Shown here: positions 39,446 through 56,357 of the stretch, piece after piece | Position numbering within the stretch: position 1 is the stretch's first letter | Layout of the letters: each line of letters begins with the position of its first letter | Assembly (NCBI GenBank): GCA_943704415.1 | Contig: CALSCO010001666.1 | Coordinates: forward strand, 1-64,000 | Direction of reading: 5' to 3' | Source of the DNA: Parvularia atlantis | Taxonomy: Eukaryota | Length of the DNA: 64,000 bases | Notes under the pieces: model-generated | The model's input: only the letters and a program-made list of their open reading frames with translations | The model's database searches: none | Told to the model about the DNA's origin: nothing | Translations under genes and position numbers: made by a program

Positions 39446-41455
39446 TCAGGCGCTGATTGTCTTAAACACGTTGAACCCGGTCGCGGCCGTGCTCACGACC
39501 AGGCCGGGGATCTGCCGGTGCCAGTGCAGCTCCTTGATGTGGCTCTGGCCCTGCACGCCCCGGCCACGTCAGGCGACACCGTCTGCCGCTGCGCGCGATG
39601 GCACGCACCTGGTGCACGAACAGCAGCTGCGGCGGCACGTCCGGCTCACCCGGCGCCGCAGCACCCTCAGCCTCGGCGTCTTTCTCGAGCGACAGGTCCC
39701 ACAGCGTGATCTGGTCGTCCGCGCCCGACACGGCTAGCACAGACTCGTCGGTCGGGTGCCACTCGACCGCGGTGATGGCGTCCGAGTGCCACTTGAACTT
39801 GGCCGCGGGCGTGTCGCTGCGGGCGGGACGTGAGCCGCCAGGCTGAATGCGCACGCGCACGCACGGCTGGAAGTTGCGCAGGTCCCACACCGCAAACGAG
39901 CCGTCGTCCGCGCCCGAGACCATCAGGTGCGTGGTCTTGTGGTTCCACGAGATTACGTTGACGTCGCTCGCGTGCGCGTGCACCGTCATCGCCGGGCCGG
40001 TCTTCATGCGCACGTCCCATACGCGGATGGTCTGGTCGGCCGAGCACGACGCAAACACGTCCTTCTCGACCGGGCTGCGGCGCGACGCCTCAGCGCACAA
40101 GACGCATGTGCGCAGAGTAGACGCCCAGCACACCTCCACTGCAGATCCTCCACCGACGCCGTGTGGCCCTTGTACACGCGCTTGTTGATCGTCCACGCGC
40201 CTGCCTTCTCGCTGTTCCAGACGCGGATATTGCCGTCGCAGTCGCCCGTGACAAGTCTAAAGCGCAGAGCACGTTGAGCCCGCAGCTGAGCGAGCCATGT
40301 GCGCGCGCACCGCCCGGCCATCGTTGGCGACCAGTCGAGCGCGTAGCCCTCGCTCGTGTGGCCCTCGAACGTGTGGATCGGTTTCGTGGCGGCGATCGAG
40401 GCCTGCGTGACTGCGCGCGCCCACGTCAAGGGCTGACGCGACGGTTGAGCGCGCGCGCCGCACCGCCGGGCACTGGCCCGTCGAGGCTCTGCACGGCCGT
40501 CGTGACATCCCACAGGTGCACCTTGCCCGTCTCGGACCAGGTCGCGACAATGTGGTCGGGCCCCTGCGGCATCGCCTGCGCGCGGCAAGCGGACCGGTTC
40601 GGGCAACGCTGGCGCGAGACGGCACGGGCCACGCACGCGCACGCGGTTGACCGTGCCCTCGTGCTTGATCGCGCGGTGCTCGAGCAGCGGGTCGTCCTGC
40701 GTGTCGTCGTCGTCGTTGTCGTCGCCCTCGTCGTCGTCGTCGTCCGAGTCTAAGTCGCGCCCCCGGCGTGTCAGGGCCACGCAGCCACACGCCGCGGGCG
40801 CGTCGGCGCACCATCGTCGTGCCGCGTGCGCGGCAGCTGCGACATCTTCATGACAAGCAGCTTGTTGTTGTGCGCGCGGTCGGCCTGCGTGCCTGTTACG
40901 ACGTAGACCGTCATTGGGTACTGCGCGATCGCGGGCGTGAGCAGGCGACGGCGCCGCAGCACGTGCGCGCACCGTGATGCGCTGCTGCCCGAGGCCGTCG
41001 CGCAGGGTGTCGAAGCTGAGGCAGGGCCACTCGACCTCGAGGTTGTGCAGCAGCTCGTAGGCCGAATTGTCATTGACCAGCTCCTCGTCCTCGCCCAGCG
41101 TGTCGCGCCCGGGGATGAACGCCTTCACGGCCTGCACGCGGTCCTCGAGGTCCATTGCGCCCATCCCTGCGCCGCACCGTCAGCGCTACGCCGCGCGCCC
41201 CTCCTCGCTGCGCGCACCGGCCGCCGTCTCCTCGTCGTCCTCGTCGTCGTCCTGCGCCACCACGACCTCGCCCTCGCTGTCGTACTCGTCCTCGAACGGG
41301 TCCTCAAAGTCGCCCATCGGCACGCCGTCCGCGTCGTCCTCCGCCATCCCGCCGCCGTCACCGCCGCCGCCGCCGCCCCGCGCCTCGCCGCGGCCACCGC
41401 GCGTGCGCCGTGCGTCGTCGTCGTCGTCGTCGTCGTCGCCACGTGGCCTGGACAT
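39446..41455 (-). CDS. RRB1: Ribosome assembly WD40 protein RRB1/GRWD1
   Basis: [18 protein letters not shown]...[46 protein letters not shown] and [10 protein letters not shown] stop. Confidence 0.95.
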
Positions 41456-41492
41456 GCGCGCGGTAGGCCCTCACGCTGCGGCAATTGCACGC

Positions 41493-41530
41493 ATGGAAGA
41501 CGACAGCGTCGACGCGTTCCTCTACGGCCA

Positions 41531-41608
<78 letters not shown>

Positions 41609-43556
41609 CGACGGACAGCAGCAGCCAGCCAACGCACAGCAGCAGCAGCAAGAGAGCAACGGGCACGTCGGCGATGAGCGGCAGCACGACGGTGACAGCG
41701 ACGTAGACGAGCAGCAGCAGCAGGACGGCGACGGCGACGGCGAAGACGAGGAGGACGAGGACAGCGACGACGTGCGTGCCGGCGCCGCGTGAACACGCGC
41801 GCACGGCGGGCTCAGCAGCTGCGCCGTCGCCAGGACGTCGAGATCATCATCAGCCAGACCTCGTCCGGTCTCGGCGGGTGCGTGCTCTTTCGCTGTGCCG
41901 CGTCGGCCGCTGACGCCCAACGCAGGACGCCCAAGCGCGCGTCCAACGCCATCAACTTCTCCTTCCCAAACAAGTACGTCAAGCCCGGCCTGCCCGCCTC
42001 GCCCGCCACGGCCACGCGCTCGGGTGCGCCCGCCGTCGCGCACCGTTTCGCCGCTGAACCGGTCGCGCTTGTGCCACAGCCGCCGACTCGCTCGTCGCGT
42101 TCGAGACCGTGCCCAAGCTGGGCGACCGCGACCTGTACGAGGTCGACGTCGAAGGCTTCGAAGAGAAGCCGTGGCGGAGACCGGGTGCGGGGGCAGTCTG
42201 CGTGCGACCTGCCGCCGCAGCCGCAGCACGCTCATCGCGCGTCCGCAGGCTCCGACATCACCGACTACTTCAACTACGGCTTTACCGAGGCCACCTGGCG
42301 CGCCTACTGCCAGCGCCAGCTGCAGCTGCGGGGCGAAGCGGGCGGCGCGGCAGGCGCGACAGGCACGCGCTCGATCAGCGTACGCGCTTGCTGTGCGCTG
42401 CGCCTGGCCGCCTCTCACCGCGTGCGCAGATCTTCTCGAGCGACGGCCAGGCCAAGGGCGGTTCGACAGACGCGCACCCGGCCGGGTCAATGTCAGCCAT
42501 CACCGTCGGCGGCGTGGCAGCCGCGCCGGTCTCGGTCACCGGGGCCGTCGGCGGCGTTGCGGCGGTCAGCGCAGCAGCCGTGCCGATCCGCAGCGCGTAC
42601 GCCGCGCCACCACGCCCGCTCGCATCCACCACGGGCGTGACGAGCCAGCCGGGCAAGTCGGCGATCACCGGTGCGTGTGGCAAGCGCTTGTTTGTCGCTT
42701 TGCATGGACCAAGACGGCGCACAGTCGGCGGTGCGCCCGTGACGGGGCCCATTACGATGGGCCCAAGGCCACCGGGCATGGCCGGGGGTGCAATCATGCC
42801 AGGGGCAGCGCGGCCGTCGGCGATCCGGCAGGGCGAGCCGCCGGCCGGCCAGCCCGCGGCGCCCGCTAGCATGCTCGGGCCGCAGCCGGGCCAGGGCATG
42901 CCGCGGCCGGGACCAGGCATGCCGGGCCTGCTGCCGCAGGGCATGATGCAGCAGCCGGTGCGCATGGGCCAGTACGGCCTGCCGGCCAACGCCTACGGCC
43001 AGCCGCTCAACATGGTGCGGGTGCACAGGCGCGTCATGCGCCTTGCTTACTGGGCCCGCGCGCAGCAGATGTATCCGCCCGCGATGCAGCAGCAGATGCA
43101 ACGGCCCCTGTTGGCCACGCCACGCCCCGGCGGGCCTGTGCCGCCGCTGCTGCAGGCACAGCAGACGCCGCCGCCGATGCTGCCGATGCCGATGCCGATG
43201 GAGCCCGCACCCGGCGCCTCGCCATCGGACGACGGCCGGCGCGAGCGCGACCGTGACCGTGACCGTGACCGTGACCGTGACCGCGACCGCGACCGCGACC
43301 GCGACCGCGACCGAGATCGCGACCACCGCGACAAAGACCGCGACAAAGACCGCGACCGCGACCGCGACAGAGGCAAGGACCGCGACAAAGACCGCGACCG
43401 CGGCCGTGATCGCGAGCGGAAGGAGCGCCGTCGCAGCCGCTCGCCCACGTCGGTGCGCGCCGATGGAGTGCGCTCGCACTTGCCGCTGACACGGCTGGTC
43501 GCCAGGACCGCAAGAAGCGCACGGACGGAGCCGACGCGGCAGAAACGTCCTCATAG
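41493..43556 (+). CDS. FIP1: Pre-mRNA 3'-end processing factor FIP1
   Basis: Acidic N-terminus, Fip1 motif [29 protein letters not shown], Pro-rich region, and an RD-dipeptide/RS tail as in animal FIP1L1. Confidence 0.93.
41532..41606. repeat. (GCG)n coding microsatellite, polyAla in the FIP1 N-terminus
   Basis: Direct reading. Confidence 0.95.
43245..43400 (+). repeat. Hexamer repeat encoding RD dipeptides
   Basis: CGTGAC/CGCGAC units. Confidence 0.93.
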
Positions 43557-43619
43557 ATGCCTATGCTGCTTAAGAAGCGCGAGCACGGCAAAGAAACATG
43601 TACAACCGACCTCACGCCC

Positions 43620-46600
43620 TCACCGCTTCTGCCCGAGCTGGGCGATCATGGTGTCGATCGCGGCCGCCAGCTTCGGGTTATTGCTCTTGGCCTTGATCTC
43701 CCCGAGCGCGTTGAGGTCCTTGACGGCAAACGCGGCGTCCGCGGCCTCCTGCCACGCGCTGCGCCCCCCACACACACGTGAGCACGCACGCACACGCAGT
43801 GACACGCGCATGCACCTGATGCGCATGAACAGCGCTGCGCGCTTGTCTGGCTCGCACTTTGGAATGTACTTGGCCGCCTCGCGTGGCGCCTGCGCGGCGA
43901 GGCACTCAAACACGAACGGCTGCGCGGCACACGTGTGCATGTGAGCGTTTGCGGGTGGACGTTGACGGGGCCGTGCGCACCTCGTAGCCGATGGGCGACT
44001 TCTTGACCTTGGAGAACCGGTCGAGCTCGGCCCAGTCGCGCAGCTCGGCCGCGGCCTTGACCTTGAGCCACCAGAAGCTGTCGGAGCATGCGTTGGCCGC
44101 CTGAGCCAGGCCGCGCGCGCAGCACGCCACGCACGCTTTATCGCCCATGTGAAAGTCGTTCTTGAGCTTCTGCGCCTGCGTGCCGAGGTTCTGCGCGTCG
44201 CGGTGCCACGGCGTCACGGCACCAGATCGCGGCAAGCACGCAGCGCGCGCGGCACCTTCTGCAGGCACTTATAGATGGTCTGCGTGAGCGACAGGTCCAC
44301 GAACGGCTCCTTGGTCTCCTTCTGCAGGCCGATTTGCGCCTCGAGCAGCTTGAGTTGCTCCTCCGTTTGCTGCAAGCCAAGCGCCGAGATGAGCCCGGCA
44401 TCCGCGCCAAAGCGCACTGGGGGTGCGCGCACCTTGGCCGCAAACGCCTGGTTGGGGTCGTCCTTGAGCATGCCGTTCGCCACCTTGAGGTTTGTGAGCC
44501 GCTTGGCCAGGTCGCGGCTGTCGTAGCTGCTCGCGCGCGCCCAGCATCAGCGGCCCGGTGTGCACGCACGGCCGCAGCGGCTGCGGCGCACCCCTCGCGG
44601 ATCGTGATGAAAGCCGATTCGTGCCGCCGGTCGTCGTGATAGTAAAAGTCCTTGAGCAGGTCCAGGTCCTGCTGCTTGCAGTACACCTCGAGCAGGCTCG
44701 TCGCCAGCGGCTTGTTGTCGATCAGGCGGAAAAAGTCACCCGGACTGAGCTTGCGCCGGAGCTGCAGCAGGACGTAGTAGACTGCGCGACGCGGTTGGGA
44801 AGGCCGCCGGTGCACGCTCGACCGTGTGCGCGCGCACCGAGCTCCGTGTCGCCGCTGTCGATCGCCTTCACCAGCGCCAGCTCGTCCTCCTGCATGTCCA
44901 TGAGCAGCGGCACCTGCTGTGCCGCGCGCGGCTCGTAGTCGAGCAGCTGGCCGCATTCGCACCGCACTCAGCGGCACGCACGGTCGCACGCAGGCGCACG
45001 CACCTTTGTGGCCAGCGCCGGTCGCCCGACCTTGTACGCGGTCTGCGCAATCTCCGCGTACGAGATGCCCTTGCTCTCGCCCAGCTTCTCCACGATCGTG
45101 CGGCAGACCACGTCATCGTCCGCCTCGGCCTTCTTCACCTGGAGCCGCGGCCGTCAGCGCACGACACGGCCCATTGCCCTCGCCGCACCTTCTCGCACGC
45201 CCAGTGCACGAGGATGCGATCGGTCTTCATGCTGAGGTACTCGGCCACGCGCAGCGCCAGCAGGTGGTGGTGCCGCGAGATCAGGCGGTTGACGAGGACC
45301 TCGGGCGTGAGGCGCCGGTACCTGGCAGAGAGCGCGTGAGCACTTGCAGGTGCGCCCACGTGAGCGGCTCGTTCACGCACTCAGCCTCGGTCAGCGGGAT
45401 GCCGATCTCGTAATGCCGCACCGCGTTGAGCACGCGCAGCGTCTGGCACATCTCTACAAACTTGTCCGAGGCGTACGCGTCGAGGAAGCACTTGCCGAAC
45501 GACGCAGCCTTGGCGGCACGCGCCCGTGAGCACTCGCGCGCCGCGCCGCGCCTCCATCTCTGCGTACCTTGAGCAACATGCGCTGGTAGTACGGCGCGAT
45601 TTCGTGGCCGGCGGCCTCGATGCACGCGTCCACGGCGGCCGGCAGCTCGCCCTTGATCGAGCGAATGTTCTCGTCGGCCTTGGGCGACTTGCGCTGCACG
45701 GGTGGCCGCCCCCCCCCCCCCCCCCGTGAGCCGTGCTGAGCGCGCACCGCGGCACCGCCGCACCTCAAAGTGCTCCAGCGCGTCGTACAGCATCGCCGCC
45801 GAGTCGGTGGACCCGATCGTGAAGATCTTCTCGGTCACGTCTGAAAGAGCATGTCAGCACGGCAATGCGAGGTGCGCGGTGCACAAGACGCACCCGGCAC
45901 GCGCTGCAAAAACTCGCTGCGCTCGTTCGTCACGATGCGCACGCCGTCCACCTCCGGGATGAGCACGAGCGGCTCGTCGTACGTGTACTTGATGTAGTCG
46001 CGGTACGGGCCGACCATAAGCAGCATCTTGTCCCAGTACAGCACGACCGAGTCGTTGGCACACCTGCCGCGCAATGTCAGCGCGCGTACGCACGTCGCAC
46101 GCCGGGGCCGCGGCGCACCAAATGAGCTGGTTGGGCGGGATCGTCGACTTGGTCTGGAAGCTCGAGATCGAGCGCTGGAAGTCCATCGGTACGACCTGGA
46201 CGCCCGGCGCGCGTGAGCCGCGTGATCGTGCGCGGACGTTTGCGTGCGTCGCGACCTCGAGGCTGCCGTCCGTCGTGAAAAGCGCGAGGAATTTGCCGTT
46301 GGGCGACACGGCCATCTTCTTCACCGGCCCGTTCGGGTACAGCTGCGCGGGCGCGCGTCAGCCGTTGGCGTGAGATAGGCCGCCCGCGCCGCGCGCCATG
46401 TCTTGCGACTCGTTGGCGTCGACTGCGAGGATGGTCTCGCGCGTGGCGACGAGCACCTCGACGTTGCGCGAGAGCGTGTACTGCGGATCAATGACGACCC
46501 AGCTGTGCGGCGGCTCGTTGAGGCCTGCGGCACACGCGCGTGCGCGTCAGCAACAGGAAAAGCAGGTGTCTGCCGTGCGCGCACCCATGTTGGCGAGCGC

Positions 46601-47325
46601 GCGCGGCCGCGGCTCGTCGATGTTGGTGACGGTGATCAGCACAAAGTTGCCCGTGAGCGCGACCAGCCCGCTGCCCCAGATGCGGCAGTCCTCGACGCCG
46701 TGGTCCTGGCGCACACCGTCAGTAGCCGCCGTCGCTACCTGCAGCCGTGTACCTTGGCCTCCTTGCCGAGCGAGAACTGCGTGCTGTCGCCGTGGATCGA
46801 GTAGACCCGCACCGAGCCGTCGTCGAGCACGCACACGAGCTGCTCCGTGTCGAGCCAGCCCATGCCGACGATGCGGCCCTTGTCCCACTGCGGGCGGGCG
46901 CGGCGTGAGACCGGCCGGCGCGGTGGCAGCCGGCGGGCGGCGGCGCACGGCCAGCTGCGAGAGCTGCTTGCCCGCGGCGGTGTAGAACGAGATGTTCTGC
47001 CGCGCCGTCTGCTTCTGCGCGGCGAGGATCTTGCTGTCGTCGCGCGTGATGGCTGCGTGCGGGCCCGCGCCGGCTCAGCACCGTCCAGCTCCGCCCCGCC
47101 GCGGGCGCACCGATCGGCCCGCCGAAGGACGCCCCCGCGACGCGGAACTTGGTCAGGTCCATGCCGCGCCAGAGCATCGTGTACAGCTCCTGCTTCCTGC
47201 GCAAATGCCGCACGCGGAGTCAGCGGGCACGTCGGTGCGCTCACGGCGACGTGCCGGTAGAAGCGCTTGTTGAGCTCGCTCCACTCGGCCGTCGGGTGCA
47301 CGACCGGGACGGACGGGCCGACCAT
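43620..47325 (-). CDS. VPS16: Vacuolar protein sorting 16 (HOPS/CORVET subunit)
   Basis: PTAEW...[62 protein letters not shown] and [10 protein letters not shown]. Confidence 0.96.
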
Positions 47326-47356
47326 CTCTACACGACGCGGGGACTACTCGATTGTG

Positions 47357-47554
47357 CTTCCATCTCTTTTGTTGCCGATACGCACAGGTGCGTTCCCCCT
47401 CGCCGCTGCCGCGCGCCCCGCCTCCCCTGCGCGCGTGGCTCTCCGCTCGACTTCCGCAAACGGGGATGGACGGATGGACGGATGGTCGCGCGGATGGATG
47501 GATGGCGCACCAGCGGAGAAGGGCTCACGCGATCCCGTGCGCGCGCGGTCGCAG
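47357..47554 (+). promoter_or_regulatory. Pyrimidine-rich putative transcription start and 5'-UTR intron (47388-47554) of RPL28
   Basis: CTTCCATCTCTTTT tract, then CAG|GTGCGT ... CTCAC ... CGCAG ending 4 nt before the RPL28 ATG. Confidence 0.55.
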
Positions 47555-47558
47555 CAGA

Positions 47559-48047
47559 ATGACGAACCCGTCGGCCGATCTCACGTGGCTGCTCGTGCGC
47601 GACTCGTCGTCGTTCCTGCTCAAGAAGCGCACCCAGGACGGCACCGTGTTCACGCGCGAGCCGTACAACCTGCGCAACGTCAACTCGTACAAGAACAGCG
47701 GCCTGGCCAACCCTAAGGCGATCGGCATCACCAAGGCCGACCGTGGTGTCGACGTGACGCTGCGCGCGGCGGGGAAGCTCAACAAGCCCGGCCAGCAGAA
47801 GCGCGTGCTCAAGTTCCAGGGCCCCACGCGCCACGCTAGCACCGCGCTCGCCGCGGCGCTCACCAAGGGCGGCTACCGCGCCGACCTGACCAAGGTGCGC
47901 TCGCATCCGCGCGGTGCTGCTGCAGCGGCGCGGCCGTCGTGCTGAAAATGCGCGCACCAGGACGCGCTCGCCCGCCTCAGCGCGCTCAAGCGCAAGCCGA
48001 CGCGCAAGCCCGCGCAGAAGCGCTCGCGCCACGGCAACAAGAAGTGA
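47559..48047 (+). CDS. RPL28: 60S ribosomal protein eL28
   Basis: SADLTWLLVRDSSSFLLK, FTREPYNLRNVNSYKNSGLAN.KAIGI and GYRADL...ALARLSAL. One coding intron. Confidence 0.95.
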
Positions 48048-48154
48048 GCGGTCGCTCGTGCCTGTTTGGGGGGCAGGGCTCGCACAGATGCGCACTTTCG
48101 GGGGCAGGGCTCGCACAGACACGACACATCGCATACAAGAGGCACGCGGCGCCC

Positions 48155-50164
48155 TCACGCGCTGTGCGGCTCGGCTGCGACGTTCTGGACGTCGCCGGGC
48201 GGACGGTGTCAGCCACACGCGACGACGTGCTCGGGCGCACGCACCTTGATGTGCGTGATCCATTCGTGCCGCAGCTTGGCCGACGGCGCCGCGACAACAA
48301 AGCTGCCGTCCTTGCCGCCGATGCGCATGGCGTACTTGAGATCTGCGCAACGACCGCGTTGGACGAGCAGCGCGAGAGCACTCCGAACACCGCACCCGCG
48401 TAGACCGTCTCGACCTGCATCTCGGCCATGTCGACCACGTGCAGCTCGCTGGCCGGAATCGGGTCCTTGACGCTGCGGTAAGCCACGGCGTTGTTCTTGT
48501 CCTTCTCGCGCACAAGCAGGAACACGTTGTCGAGCAGGATGCCGATGACGTGCGTCGCCGGCGTCGCCAGGTGCAGCGGCCCCTCAAACACGACCGTCTG
48601 CGCCGCCTCGAGCCGCTCGCGGTCCTACGCGCAACGGTGTTGATGCGCGTCGTGACAGCACCGGGTCGTCGCACCTTGGTCGCGAGCTTCTTTGTGCTGC
48701 ACATTGCCTCGACGATCTCCAACAGCCGGTGCTGGCTCTCGATCCGCCCGGCCTCGGCGTCGATGGCGTGCGTAACCTCGGTGAAGCGGGCGAGGGCGAC
48801 CGCGATCTCGGCGCTTTGCGCGTGCGGCCAGTGTCAGCGCCACTCGACCCTCAGGTGCACGCACCTGTCGACGTGGTCGGCCGGCGTGTTGCCCGCAATG
48901 TCTTTGATAAGCATCGCGTACTTGAGCAGGCGCCGGCGCGGCATGTCGAGAAAGTCGGCCAGGCCGAGGCGGCGGCACTCGGGCGTGTACGAGCACTCCT
49001 GCGGACGCGCGTAGTGAGCGGAGAGGGGCGTGGGCGCGGCGGGCCGCGCGTACCTGCAGGAACGCGTTGACGTCGTCATTTTGCATGAGCATTCGCAGCC
49101 GCGAGCTCGCGCGGCGCATGTTGCCGCAGTACTCGGTGTACTCGCCCAGGACCGGGATCTGCACGCGAGACGTGCAGGCATCAGCGTCAGGCGACAAAGT
49201 GAGACGCGCACTGGCGCGCACGTTGCTCGAGAGCACATCACCGATGGCGTGTACCTGCTCGCTCTGCGTCTGACGCTCGTGCAGCGCCGCGAGCAGCGTC
49301 CCGTTGGCCTGGATGATCTGATCGAGCGCGCCAAAGATCACGTCGATGTCATCCTGCTGGACGGACGAGATTGCGCGCATGCCCGCCTCAAACACCTGCA
49401 CCGCCATTCACACACGCGTCAGCACCCATGTGCGGTTGGTAAGCGGAGCGCGCCCACCTCGGCCACCATCGTCAGGTCAGCCACGTACTCCTCCTCGGTG
49501 CTGATGAGCTCGAAGATGAGCTCTTGGCGCTTGAGCTCCTGCTTGCTCAGCGTGGCCACGAGCGCCGGGTCGGCCTGCGAGCGCCACAGCCGCGTGGTGC
49601 TCTGCGCGTCGTCGGCCGGTGGGTGAGCCGCATACGTGGTGCCGGTGCAGGGGGCGGGCGCACTTCCATCGTGCTGCGCTTGCTCGGCGTGCGCGACAGC
49701 TTGGAGGGCGTGTGCGCCGAGGGCAGGGCGCGCGTGCGCTTGCTGCCGCTAGCGCTGAGGGCCACGGGCGAGAACATGACGAGCGAGACGGCACGGCGCA
49801 GGGGCGTGAGCGCGCGTTCGCTCATGGTCCGGACCTTGGGTGAAGCGCGCATGTGCTGCAGCAGCGCTGAGCCCAGGCCGCCCGTGCGGCGCGCCGAGGC
49901 CGAGGCCGACGCGGGCGGCGCCGGCGTGCTCGGCGTGGCCGTGACCGACTTCTTGCCCGCGGCGGGGCTGCTCGCGCGGCTGGGCGAGAGCGGCGAGCGC
50001 GTCGCGGCGGCGGCGATGCGTGGCGACTGGCGCCGGCCGCCGGGCGAGAGCGCCTTGCCGATGCGCCGTGCCAGCATCTCCTCCTCCTCGCTCGCGTTCT
50101 CGTCCTGCAGGCGCGCGGGCGAGCCGCCCACCGGGGGCGTCGGGGGCGCGGGCGACGTCTCCAT
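48155..50164 (-). CDS. DH-PH RhoGEF, NET1/ARHGEF3-like
   Basis: ELKRQELIFELISTEEEYVADL, IGDVL, YTEYCGN and CRRLGLADFLDMPRRRLLKY, followed by a PH domain ending LRHEWITHIK. N-terminus rich in SP/TP. Confidence 0.88.
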
Positions 50165-50249
50165 GGTGCACGTCGCTGTTTGTAAACGGTGCGCCGCGCG
50201 GTTCCAGTCGGGCCCGGGTTCAAAAAAATATTCGTAACGGTCAACGACG

Positions 50250-52208
50250 ATGCTCAAGCGCGGCCTCGACGCGGCGGCCCCGGAAGCGATGGCCCCAGAC
50301 GCGGCCGACGGCGACGCCGCCGTCGCGGGCGCGCAGCTCAACAGCCTGGACACGCTCGCGCTCTACAAGCTGCAGATGCGCGCCGTGCCCGAGCTCATCG
50401 AGCAGTTCCAGACCGTGCCCGAGCTGAGCGACTTTGCCCTGGTGTGCGCGCGCGGGTGTGTGCCTGCTCCCGCACCGTGGCTCACCTACGCGCGTGCGCA
50501 CCTGACCCGCAGGGCGCCAGCGGCGGTGGCAGCGCCAGCGGCAGCAGCGGCAAGTCCGGCTTCCTCGCCAAGGTACGCCGCACGCGCCTCGGCACGGCCT
50601 CCCCGCTGACCCGTGGCGCAGATCAAGTCGGTCTTTGCCCTCGCCACCTTTGCGAGCTCGGCCGCGCCGGCGACGTCGTCCAAGCGCACGGGCGCGAACG
50701 AGACGACGCACGCGATGCCCATGGCCACGAGCGCCGCCGACGCCGACGCCGAGGGCCGCTGGACGCTCGGCATGCAGCTCGAGATCCTCCCCGCGACCCA
50801 GGTCGGCCAGCTGCAGGTGCCGACGGTCCTCCACCGCGCGTTCGAGTTCCTGCGCGCCGAGGGCCGGCTGGACACGCTCGGGCTGTTCCGCAAGAGCGGC
50901 CTGGCGCGGCGGCGCAAGGTGCGTCGCCCGTGCAGCGCGTCGGCGCTGCTGTCGCTCACGCGGTCGCGCAGCTGGCGATCCGCTGCATGCTCAACGACGA
51001 GCCCTTCGCTGACGGCGACGACGCGCCCACCGCGCTCGACGTGGCCGACGCCGTGAAGGAGTTCCTGCGCGAGCTGCCCGAGCGCCTCGTCAACAACGCG
51101 CTGTCGCCGATCTTTGTCGCAATCAGCATCATGCAGGACTACAAGAACGACGAGGAGACGGTGCGCCGGGCGGCGTGCGCGCGCTCGCCTCGCTGCTGAC
51201 TGCACGCCCCTCCACGCAGATGCGTACGTTGCAGCTGTGCCACCTCGCCGTGCCCACCCGCGCGCACCGCGACGCCCTGCATTCGCTCGCGGTCTTCCTG
51301 GCCGACGTCGCGAGCCACCAGTCGCAGAACAAGATGGACCCGATGGCGCTGGCCAAGGTACGCGCGCGCACGCGAGCGGGACCGCTCAAGCTGACGGCCA
51401 CCGCAGTGCGTCGTGCCAAACCTGTTCCACCTGGAGGACCTGCCCGACACGGACATCGCGCTGTTCTACGAGCGCGCGGCCAAGCTGCTCGCGCGCATGA
51501 TCGCCTTCCCGGGCGTCGCCTTCCAGATCCCCAAGATGAGCCCGGCCTCGGCCTCGCTCGTCCCGGCCATGCCCGCCACGCCCGGCAAGCGCGGCACGCC
51601 GAGCAAGACGAGCACGCCCAAGAGCAAGCGCCAGCGCACGGGCGAGCCCACAATCCCGCTCCTGCCCGGTGCGGAGAACTCGCCGCCGACGCCGGTCGGG
51701 TGCCACCCGGGTCTGCGCGGCTCGCCCAAGATGCCCAAGACGCCCAAGACGCCCAGCACGCCCAAGACGCCCCTCGCACGCCTGGCCATGGGCAACGCCG
51801 GGCGCACGCCCTCGAGCCGCGGCAAGGGCACGCCCGCACCCGCCGCCGCCACGACGCCCAGCGCGGCGCGGTCGACCGCTGCTGCCGCTACGCCGTCGTC
51901 GTCGCGGACGGTCGCCACGCGCTCCAAGCTGCCCTTCCCGTTCAACATCAGCGCCCTCGGCTCTCACGAGTCGCTTCTGATGGTGTGTACAGGCACGCGC
52001 TGATGCGCACACGCCCCGCTGACCCGCCGCCGCTCGCAAGCCGCGCGGCGTCAAGGCAGGCGCGTTCGGCTCGCTCGCTGCCCCGCTGCAGTCCGTGGCC
52101 GCCGCCGCCGCATCGAGCAGCGCCGGCTCGAGCACGCCCGGCCGCATGTCCATGTTCCGGATGAGCTTCAACTTCACCAACGGCGCCGAGCGCCCCCAGT
52201 TCCACTGA
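50250..52208 (+). CDS. RhoGAP (ARHGAP11/DLC-like catalytic domain) with TP/SP-rich tail
   Basis: VPTVL...GLFRKSG (arginine finger), DVADAVKEFLRELPERL and NKMDPMALAKCVVPNLF. Confidence 0.9.
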
Positions 52209-52330
52209 CGCGCCAAGCGCGCGCGCGCGCGCGCTCGTCTCTGTGTCTTTGTGCCTGAATTGTGTCTTGAAACGCGCGGCGACTGCTGAAGGCTGTATAA
52301 GGGCGGCAATAATCAGGCATATGGCTTAGC

Positions 52331-56279
<3,949 letters not shown>

Positions 56280-56357
56280 GGTTGGCTGGGATCGCACAAA
56301 CACGGTAACCATCAGAACGCTCGAGATCAACATAAGCACGGCCGTGCGCCGGCTCAC

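Noticed and set aside
43245..43400. Regular repeats as a CRISPR-like or mobile array
   Set aside because: They are coding RD dipeptide repeats of FIP1 with no unique spacers. The TASK and CAG tracts are likewise coding.
45709..45725. Poly-C/G run
   Set aside because: An intronic homopolymer in VPS16 with no further structure.
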